From: a virus
Taxonomy: Duplodnaviria; Caudoviricetes
Strand: one strand, 5' to 3'
Length of the DNA: 28,506 bases
Virus record (IMG/VR): IMGVR_UViG_3300047564_004945
Coordinates: 1 to 28,506 of that record
Part shown: positions 17,794-25,366 of the stretch, piece by piece
Layout of the letters: every line of letters starts with the position of its first letter
Position numbering within the stretch: position 1 is the first letter of the stretch
Made by a program: the position numbers and the translations under genes
The notes under the pieces: generated by a model
Database searches by the model: none
What the model was told of the DNA's origin: nothing
What the model saw: the letters and a program-made list of their open reading frames with translations, nothing else

Positions 17794-20700
17794 ATGCCAA
17801 CATTTTATAACTTTACACAAGACGGTCTTACATATAGTTTTGATGATATTTTCGTCAAAGCAGATTTGTTTCGCCAAGGAAATTTGTGGAATTGGGGTAG
17901 AGGTGTAGCAGGAGCTCTTGGTGATGGGTTTTCTAATAGTTTTAGATCGACTCCAATTACCACATTTGTTGGTGGTAGTAATTGGAAACAAATTAGTACC
18001 GGAGGTCAGCATACTGTAGCAGTTAAGACTGATGGAACTTTATGGGTTTGGGGGTATAATAATAGAGGACAACTTGGAAATGCATCTATAACTGATAGAT
18101 CAACTCCAGTTACCACCTTTGCCGGGGGAAACGATTGGAAACAGGCAGAAGGTGGAACTAGTCATACAGTAGCCATTAAAACTGATGGAACTTTATGGTC
18201 TTGGGGTATGAATGATCAAGGTCAACTTGGGGTAAATGCTAGAGATAATAGTAGTCCTTTTAGTAGATCAACTCCAGTAACTACTTTTGTTGGTGGAACT
18301 AATTGGAAACAAGCAAGTGCTGGATATCAATATTCTGCGGCAATTAAGACTGATGGAACTTTATGGACTTGGGGATATGCATATTTTGGACAATTAGGTA
18401 AAGGTGGTTTTTATACATTAGTTAGATCCACTCCAATGACAACATTTGCCGGTGGTAATAACTGGGCAGATACTTCGGATACTTATTCGCCAGAAGATCT
18501 TTATACTATAGGTGGTGGAACTTTTTTTAATTTAGCAGTTAAAAATAATGGAACATTATGGACTTGGGGTTATGGATATCGAGGACAACTTGGAAATGCA
18601 ACTATTGCAACTAATATTTCTACTCCGATTACAACTTTTTCTGGTGGAACTAATTGGAAAGAAATAAGTGCTGGAAATGATCATGTTGCAGCAATCAAGA
18701 CTGATGGAACATTATGGGTGTGGGGATATGCAAATAACGGCCAACTCGGAACAAGTGATTTAATACCACAAAGATCTACTCCAATCACAACCTTTGCCGG
18801 AGGAACCAACTGGAAACAAATAAGTTCTGGAAATAATAATACTGCAGCAATCAAAACTGATGGAACATTATGGACTTGGGGTGGTGGATTTAGTGGAGAA
18901 CTTGGAAATGCAGATACAACTCTTAGATCCACTCCAATAACCACATTTACTGGAGGAACCGATTGGAAGCAAGTAAGTGTTGGATCAGGTCACTTAATAG
19001 CAATTAAGACTGATGGAACCTTATGGACTTGGGGTAATAGTAACTTTGGACAACTTGGAAATGCGTCTTCAGTTAAAACATCAACTCCAGTCACAACATT
19101 TGCCGGAGGAACTAACTGGAAACAAGTGAGTGCTGGTCTTTATAGTTCTACGGCAATTAAGACTGATGGAACCCTGTGGACTTGGGGTATGGGAAGTAAT
19201 GGAAAACTCGGAACTAATCAAGTATCTTCCTCATCTACTCCAGTCACCACTTTTGCCGGAGGAACCAACTGGAAACAAGTTAGCTCCGGTGGTTATCATA
19301 CATCCGCAGTAAAAACCGATGGAACCTTATGGACTTGGGGGTTTAATCTTTATGGACAAATCGGAAATGCAAGTGTAAATCAATCATTAACGCCAGTTAC
19401 CACTTTTATTGGGGGAACTGATTGGAAACAGGTTTATTCTTCATGGCAATCTACATTAGCAATAAAGGATGATGGATTTAATACACGTCTTTATTTGTTT
19501 GGTAGAAATTATAATGCAGAACTTGGAAATAAGGATATAGGAACTATAACAGGAAATATATCTACTCCAGTCACCACCTTTGCCGGAGGAACTGACTGGG
19601 CAACAGTTGAAACAGATCTTTATACTTTAAGTGCTGGAGGATCTTCTTCTTCGGCAATCAAAACCGATGGAACTTTATGGACTTGGGGGAATAACGGTCG
19701 TGGACAACTTGGAAATGGTTCTACAACAAATAGATCAACTCCTATTACTACATTTGCCGGTGGAACAAATTGGATACAAGTTAGTAGTACATCTCAGCAT
19801 AGTGCAGCAATTAAGACCGATGGAACCCTATGGACTTGGGGTAATGGAACTTTTGGACGACTTGGAAATGCAGTTACAACTAATGCATCTACTCCAGTCA
19901 CAACATTTGCCGGAGGAACAAACTGGAAACAAGTGAGTTGCCGTGATGATACTACAGTAGCTGCTCATACCGCAGCAATCAAGACCGATGGAACCTTATG
20001 GGTTTGGGGTTTTGGTGGTAATGGAAGACTTGGAAATGGTGTTACTAATTTTAGTGGTACATCAACTCCAATCACCACCTTTGCCGGAGGAAGCGACTGG
20101 AAACAAGTAAGTTGTGGATTTACTTATACAGTAGCAATTAAGACTAATGGAACATTATGGGCTTGGGGTACGTGTCAAAATGGAGCACTTGGAAATGGAG
20201 TCATAACAGGTAATATATCTACACCAATCACCACATTTACAGGAGGAACCAACTGGAGACAAGTGAGTGCTGGTTTTGATACTACATCAGCAATTAAGAC
20301 TGATGGAACCTTATGGGTTTGGGGTTCGGGAGGTCGTGGGACACTTGGAAATGGAATAACAGCAAATGGTAGATCCACCCCAATCACCACATTTGCAGGA
20401 GGAACTAACTGGAGACAAGTGAGTGCTGGATCGCAGCATATAGCAGCAGTCAAAACTGACGGAACATTATGGACTTGGGGTTATACAAAAGGTGGGCAAC
20501 TTGGTATTGGATATGGGGCGTATGATTTTGGTAGTACTATTGAGTATAATGTAAGATCCACTCCTGTTACCACATTTGTCGGAGGATCTAACTGGAAACA
20601 AGTTAGTGCTGGAGGTCAGCATACAGTAGCACTCAATGATGATGGTGCAAATAAAAGATTGTACACCTGGGGATATAATCGAGATAATCAAATTGGAGAT

Positions 20701-22449
20701 AGTTTTTTTGTTGAGATTAATGATGCTCCTGGAAAAGTGGGGGATAGTTCTAATTGGAAACAAGTTTCTTGTTCATATCATTCTACTGCTGCACTTAAAA
20801 CTGATGGAACTCTTTGGACTTGGGGGGATAATGCACAAGGTCAACTTGGGACTGCTCAATTATTTAAAGGTAGTGCTGAACCAATTACTACATTTGCCGG
20901 AGGAACCGACTGGAAACAAGTCAGTGCCGGTGGATATTATTCAGTAAACATGATGGCAGCAATTAAAAATGATGCGACTTTATGGACTTGGGGTAATTCA
21001 TATCTTGGAATACTTGGAAATACAAAGTCTCCTCTTTCCACTGCACCCGAAACTGAACTTTATGTGTCTACTCCAATCACCACATTTGCCGGAGGAATAG
21101 ACTGGAAACAAGTCAGTGCCGGTGGATATCATATGTCGGCAGTTAAAACAAATGGAACTCTATGGACTTGGGGTAGTGGTACTCAGTATCAATTAGGTAT
21201 AGGATATGATCCTCTTCAACCATCTAGATCGACACCAGTCACAACATTTGCCGGAGGAACTAATTGGAAGTCCGTTGGATCTTCTGGAGGATACAATGTT
21301 TCTGCCATACAATACAACGATATTCTCACAAATCCACCAGATGTGTTTAGGTTATTTACTTGGGGTTATGGATTTACTGCTGCTCTTGGAAATGCATCAG
21401 ATGCATCAAATTCTTCCGTACCAATTACAACATTTGCTGGAGGAAGTAATTGGAGGCAGGTAAGTGTAGCAAGAGATGTTACATGTGCAATCAAAACTGA
21501 TGGAACTTTATGGATATGGGGAGATGCTGCAAGCGGTTTACTTGGTAATGGATTAACAACAGGTTTTATATCCACTCCAATCACCACATTCTCTGGAGGA
21601 ACTAATTGGAAACAAGTCAGTATTGAAACTTACCACGCAGCAGCAATCAAAACTGATGGTACTCTTTGGACTTGGGGAGAAGGATTTGCTGGTTATCTTG
21701 GAACTAATGATTTAAATGATAGATCAACTCCAGTCACAACATTTGCCGGAGGAACTAATTGGAAACAAGTTTCTTCAGGAAGATATCACGTAGCAGCAAT
21801 TAAAACTGATGGAACTCTATGGACTTGGGGTGGTAATGCTGATGGTGAACTTGGAAATGCATCTACATCTAATACATCTATATCCACCCCAATCACCACA
21901 TTTGCCGGAGGGACCAACTGGAAACAAGTCGCTGGTGGTTATGCACATACAGCAGCAATCAAGACTGATGGAACTTTATGGACTTGGGGTCTAGGTCAAG
22001 ATGGAAGAATTGGAAATGCAGTTATAACAAACACTAGCGTATCAACGCCAGTTACTACCTTTGCCGGAGGGACTAATTGGGAACAAGTTTCTTGTGGAAG
22101 TTTGCATGTAGCAGCAATCAAAACTGATGGAACTTTGTGGACTTGGGGAGGTACAGCATCTGGAGCACTTGGAGATGGTACTGCTTCTTTTTTAATTGGT
22201 CGTTCAACTCCAATTACAACGTTTGCCGGAGGAACCAACTGGAAACAAATAGGTGCTGGAGGATATTGTACTGCTGCAATTAAAACAGATGGAACTCTAT
22301 GGACTTGGGGAGTTGGAGATGATGGAAGACTTGGAAATAGAGTAACAACCGGTGATATATCCACTCCAGTCACTACATTTGCTGGAGGAACTAATTGGGA
22401 AAGTTTGGAATGTGGATATAATAGAGTTGGTACAATCAGAAAAAATTAA
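17794..22449 (+). CDS. Giant RCC1/BLIP-II repeat beta-propeller protein 3 (28 repeats, four predicted 7-blade propellers); putative virion adhesin
   Basis: 28 RCC1-type repeats with the same scaffold as genes 1 and 2, after a 30-aa leader. Confidence 0.9.
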   Translation: MPTFYNFTQDGLTYSFDDIFVKADLFRQGNLWNWGRGVAGALGDGFSNSFRSTPITTFVGGSNWKQISTGGQHTVAVKTDGTLWVWGYNNRGQLGNASITDRSTPVTTFAGGNDWKQAEGGTSHTVAIKTDGTLWSWGMNDQGQLGVNARDNSSPFSRSTPVTTFVGGTNWKQASAGYQYSAAIKTDGTLWTWGYAYFGQLGKGGFYTLVRSTPMTTFAGGNNWADTSDTYSPEDLYTIGGGTFFNLAVKNNGTLWTWGYGYRGQLGNATIATNISTPITTFSGGTNWKEISAGNDHVAAIKTDGTLWVWGYANNGQLGTSDLIPQRSTPITTFAGGTNWKQISSGNNNTAAIKTDGTLWTWGGGFSGELGNADTTLRSTPITTFTGGTDWKQVSVGSGHLIAIKTDGTLWTWGNSNFGQLGNASSVKTSTPVTTFAGGTNWKQVSAGLYSSTAIKTDGTLWTWGMGSNGKLGTNQVSSSSTPVTTFAGGTNWKQVSSGGYHTSAVKTDGTLWTWGFNLYGQIGNASVNQSLTPVTTFIGGTDWKQVYSSWQSTLAIKDDGFNTRLYLFGRNYNAELGNKDIGTITGNISTPVTTFAGGTDWATVETDLYTLSAGGSSSSAIKTDGTLWTWGNNGRGQLGNGSTTNRSTPITTFAGGTNWIQVSSTSQHSAAIKTDGTLWTWGNGTFGRLGNAVTTNASTPVTTFAGGTNWKQVSCRDDTTVAAHTAAIKTDGTLWVWGFGGNGRLGNGVTNFSGTSTPITTFAGGSDWKQVSCGFTYTVAIKTNGTLWAWGTCQNGALGNGVITGNISTPITTFTGGTNWRQVSAGFDTTSAIKTDGTLWVWGSGGRGTLGNGITANGRSTPITTFAGGTNWRQVSAGSQHIAAVKTDGTLWTWGYTKGGQLGIGYGAYDFGSTIEYNVRSTPVTTFVGGSNWKQVSAGGQHTVALNDDGANKRLYTWGYNRDNQIGDSFFVEINDAPGKVGDSSNWKQVSCSYHSTAALKTDGTLWTWGDNAQGQLGTAQLFKGSAEPITTFAGGTDWKQVSAGGYYSVNMMAAIKNDATLWTWGNSYLGILGNTKSPLSTAPETELYVSTPITTFAGGIDWKQVSAGGYHMSAVKTNGTLWTWGSGTQYQLGIGYDPLQPSRSTPVTTFAGGTNWKSVGSSGGYNVSAIQYNDILTNPPDVFRLFTWGYGFTAALGNASDASNSSVPITTFAGGSNWRQVSVARDVTCAIKTDGTLWIWGDAASGLLGNGLTTGFISTPITTFSGGTNWKQVSIETYHAAAIKTDGTLWTWGEGFAGYLGTNDLNDRSTPVTTFAGGTNWKQVSSGRYHVAAIKTDGTLWTWGGNADGELGNASTSNTSISTPITTFAGGTNWKQVAGGYAHTAAIKTDGTLWTWGLGQDGRIGNAVITNTSVSTPVTTFAGGTNWEQVSCGSLHVAAIKTDGTLWTWGGTASGALGDGTASFLIGRSTPITTFAGGTNWKQIGAGGYCTAAIKTDGTLWTWGVGDDGRLGNRVTTGDISTPVTTFAGGTNWESLECGYNRVGTIRKN

Positions 22450-22452
22450 TCC

Positions 22453-22468
22453 TAATTTGTGCTATAAT
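22453..22468 (+). promoter_or_regulatory. Candidate sigma70-type extended -10 promoter (TG-C-TATAAT)
   Basis: TAATTTGTGCTATAAT in the 41-bp gap upstream of the sulfotransferase; 15/16 identical to 28295-28310. Confidence 0.6.
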
Positions 22469-22490
22469 ATATAATAAAAATCAATAAAAT

Positions 22491-23273
22491 ATGAAAACAT
22501 TGTATTTTCTTGGAGGACTTCCAAGAAGCGGATCTACATTACTGGGATCACTTCTAAATCAACATCCTGACATTTATGTGTCTCCAACTTCTCCTCTGGG
22601 GGATGTTGTGTCTGATATTGAAAAAACTTTTGGACGAGTAGATGTTCAATTTACATTTGATCGAAAGAAAATATCGTATAATGTATACAAGGCAGTTCTT
22701 GCTAACTTTTATAATCATATTTCAAAACCAGTTATTTTAGATAAGCACAGGTTTTGGGGAAAGAATTTAGACACCGTACAGATGTTTCTTTCCAACAAAC
22801 CAAAAGTTGTTGCAACTTATCGTTCAATTCCTGAAGTTTTGACCTCATACATTTCACTGATAAACAGAACCAATCATAAGGATAACTTTATTGATAATCA
22901 TTTAAAAAAAGATAATTTACCAATTACAAATAGCAATAGAGCAGATTATATTTGGAGATACTATGTTTCTCCATCTTATGATAGTATGATATATGGATTA
23001 AAAAAATATCCAGATTGGGTTCATTTGATTGAATATAATAAATTAGTAGAAAATCCACAGGAAGAAATGAATAAATTATATGAATTTTTAGAAGTACCCA
23101 TGCATCAAAATGCCTTCGATGATATTTCAAATGCATGTGGGGAACAGAAAGATGATCAATGGGGTCTATTAGGTCTTCATGATATTCGTCCTAATCTTTC
23201 TAAAATTTCACAAAATCCTATTGATGTGATAGGAGAAGAAAATGTAAAACTTTATTCTAAATTTGATTTATGA
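22491..23273 (+). CDS. Sulfotransferase (PAPS-dependent, Sulfotransfer_3-like)
   Basis: N-terminal 5'-PSB loop FLGGLPRSGSTLLGSLLNQHP; LDKHR; YRSIPEVLTS (3'-PB R...S); IEYNKLVENPQEEMNKLYEFL. Confidence 0.9.
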   Translation: MKTLYFLGGLPRSGSTLLGSLLNQHPDIYVSPTSPLGDVVSDIEKTFGRVDVQFTFDRKKISYNVYKAVLANFYNHISKPVILDKHRFWGKNLDTVQMFLSNKPKVVATYRSIPEVLTSYISLINRTNHKDNFIDNHLKKDNLPITNSNRADYIWRYYVSPSYDSMIYGLKKYPDWVHLIEYNKLVENPQEEMNKLYEFLEVPMHQNAFDDISNACGEQKDDQWGLLGLHDIRPNLSKISQNPIDVIGEENVKLYSKFDL

Positions 23274-24073
23274 AAACTAGTTTGTTGGTAGTTCTTCAGA
23301 CACATTCAAAGGGGAACCGAGATGATAGTCAAGTACGATATTGTAATGCCCCTAAAATGGAGGTGGCATCAAGATGTACATTTTCTTTGATTGATAGTTT
23401 GAACTATGCTCAAGAACAATATCCAGATTATGAAATAGAACTACAGATATTTGATGATCATTCAGATCAAGAGTTCCTGGATATTCTTCAAAGACTTATT
23501 GATACCGCAAAGATCAAGATTAACTTAACACATCTTGAAACTTATGGTATAATGCCTTCTATACTCCGTTGTTATGAGCACGGAAAAGATCATGGAAAAG
23601 ATTGGGTATATTATGTTCAGGACGATTTTCTACATCAACAAAACTCGATTGAGTTGATGATACATGCCGCCGAACAATTCAGTTCTAATCTTGGAAAACC
23701 GGCAAGTGTTTTTCCATTTAATAAACCTGCCGAATATCATGATCCAGAAAATACCGCCGTTGCCTGTCATCTGGTAGTATCAAAAGATAGATACTGGAGA
23801 ACAAATATACATCCAGCATTTTCTTTGATGACACATATTAGTATCATCAAAAAGAATTGGGATATGTTTTATAAGATGGGGACAAGTGAAGTATCCTCAA
23901 CAATGGAAATGGATAGTATTTGTAAAATTTATTATGAGAGAGGGTACTATTGCTTCACTCCTATTCCATCTCTAGTTCTTCATATGCAAACAGAATGGGA
24001 TAAAGATTTCTTTATTGATTGGAAATCCTGGTGGAACGAATACAGTTTAGATAAGTTAGAAAATTATGTTTAA
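23270..24073 (+). CDS. Putative GT-A (GT2-like) glycosyltransferase
   Basis: LQIFDDHSD and WVYYVQDDFLH motifs; C-terminal PIPSLVLHM. ATGA overlap with the upstream gene. Confidence 0.65.
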   Translation: MKTSLLVVLQTHSKGNRDDSQVRYCNAPKMEVASRCTFSLIDSLNYAQEQYPDYEIELQIFDDHSDQEFLDILQRLIDTAKIKINLTHLETYGIMPSILRCYEHGKDHGKDWVYYVQDDFLHQQNSIELMIHAAEQFSSNLGKPASVFPFNKPAEYHDPENTAVACHLVVSKDRYWRTNIHPAFSLMTHISIIKKNWDMFYKMGTSEVSSTMEMDSICKIYYERGYYCFTPIPSLVLHMQTEWDKDFFIDWKSWWNEYSLDKLENYV

Positions 24074-24671
24074 TCACATACCATTACCAAATCCCGGTGT
24101 CACATCAAGTGTTCTTCCTGAAGAACTTTACAATGTTATTATGAATGAGATTGAAGAAATTCAATCTGATTGGAGTAATCATGAGAAGTGGAATGATGGT
24201 CTTGCAGGAAACATAGAAATGCAATATGGACTTCCAAAGTCTCTTCCATATCTTGAACCTTTTATGAATTTGATGTGTAAGTCTTATGGAGATCACTGGA
24301 ACTTTTTAAGAAAGAATGGAGATTTTCATTTTGAAGCAGGAAACCTTTGGGTCAATTTTCAAAAGAAGAATGAGTTTAATCCAGTTCATCATCATGGAGG
24401 AACATTTAGTTTTGTTTGTTGGTTGAAGGTTCCATACAAAGTGGAGAATGAATTAAATGCTCCTCATGTAAAAGAGTCAAAAAATAAAGCGGCATCGGCA
24501 TTTCAATTTTTATATCCAAATATTCTTGGAAACTTAACTCTTGAAACCCTATATGTTGATCATGACTGGGAAAGAAGAATAGTATTATTTCCCGCACACT
24601 TATCTCATTGTGTTTATCCATTCACTACGAGTGATGATTTTAGAATTTCTATCTCTGGTAATTTAGTATGA
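24066..24671 (+). CDS. Putative 2OG-Fe(II) oxygenase (cyanophage type)
   Basis: NLWVNFQKKNEFNPVHHHGGTFSFVCWLKVP...LFPAHLSHCVYPF...RISISGN. Confidence 0.8.
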   Translation: MFNHIPLPNPGVTSSVLPEELYNVIMNEIEEIQSDWSNHEKWNDGLAGNIEMQYGLPKSLPYLEPFMNLMCKSYGDHWNFLRKNGDFHFEAGNLWVNFQKKNEFNPVHHHGGTFSFVCWLKVPYKVENELNAPHVKESKNKAASAFQFLYPNILGNLTLETLYVDHDWERRIVLFPAHLSHCVYPFTTSDDFRISISGNLV

Positions 24672-25366
24672 AAAAAATTCAAGTATTTTTAAGGCATTGT
24701 TATTATTCTAAAATTCAAGAAAGTCCCGGAAAGAAAAGACCAGAGTGGTGGGATAAAGAAAAAGTATTTCAAAACTTTAAGAATACTCTAAATCCAGAAA
24801 CAACAGAATATACAATCGTATATGATAAGCATTATGGGGAAAGAGAAGATACATTCCTAAAGAATGAAACTAATGTTTATGAGATTGATTGTGGAAAAGA
24901 GTCTCAAAGTTTTATTAAAACAGTAAATCATATTCTCTCTCAAAATTTTGATGATGAAACTGTGGTTTATTTTGTAGAAGATGATTATGTACATCGTCCA
25001 GGTTGGGATAAAATTCTTTTAGATGGATTTACCCTACCTGTTCAGTACGTAACTCTGTATGATCATGGTGATAAGTACCAGGAGATGTATAAAGATTTTA
25101 TGACCAAGGTTCTCCATACTGAATTATCACATTGGATGCCGGTTCCATCCACAACGAATACCTTTGCAACCAAACTTAAATACTTAAAGGAAGATAAGAC
25201 TACTCATATCAAATACTCAATAAATCATGAGCCATCTTATGATCATGGTAAATTTTTAGAACTACATAGTAATGGAAGAAACTTAATATCCTGCATTCCT
25301 GGATATTCTACACATTGTGAATCGAATTTATTATCACCTTGCATTGATTGGAAGAAATACTTATGA
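24668..25366 (+). CDS. Putative GT-A glycosyltransferase
   Basis: VVYFVEDDYVH motif (similar to YYVQDDFLH of 23270-24073), VTLYDH, STTNTFA, IPGYSTH. Confidence 0.6.
   Translation: MKKIQVFLRHCYYSKIQESPGKKRPEWWDKEKVFQNFKNTLNPETTEYTIVYDKHYGEREDTFLKNETNVYEIDCGKESQSFIKTVNHILSQNFDDETVVYFVEDDYVHRPGWDKILLDGFTLPVQYVTLYDHGDKYQEMYKDFMTKVLHTELSHWMPVPSTTNTFATKLKYLKEDKTTHIKYSINHEPSYDHGKFLELHSNGRNLISCIPGYSTHCESNLLSPCIDWKKYL

Noticed and set aside
708-22373. Many minus-strand and alternate-frame ORFs (…VPSVLIAAV…CFQLVPPA…; …MELYGLGV…)
   Set aside because: They are shadows of the repetitive plus-strand RCC1 frame, lie entirely within the long genes, and have no independent coding evidence.
679-22446. CRISPR-like alternation of conserved repeats and variable spacers (~150-165 bp period)
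   Set aside because: The repeats are in-frame protein-coding, vary mainly at synonymous positions, are non-palindromic, and no cas genes are present.
589-22449. Diversity-generating retroelement acting on the variable loops
   Set aside because: No reverse transcriptase, no non-coding template repeat, and no repeat pair with many adenine-specific mismatches in the window; loop variation includes indels. A trans-acting DGR elsewhere cannot be excluded.
589-22449. Eukaryotic RCC1 (Ran-GEF), UVR8 or HERC identity
   Set aside because: Only the fold repeat is shared. There are no HECT/BTB domains or GWRHT tryptophan triad, and the prokaryotic-style overlapping genes and tail-fibre context argue against it.
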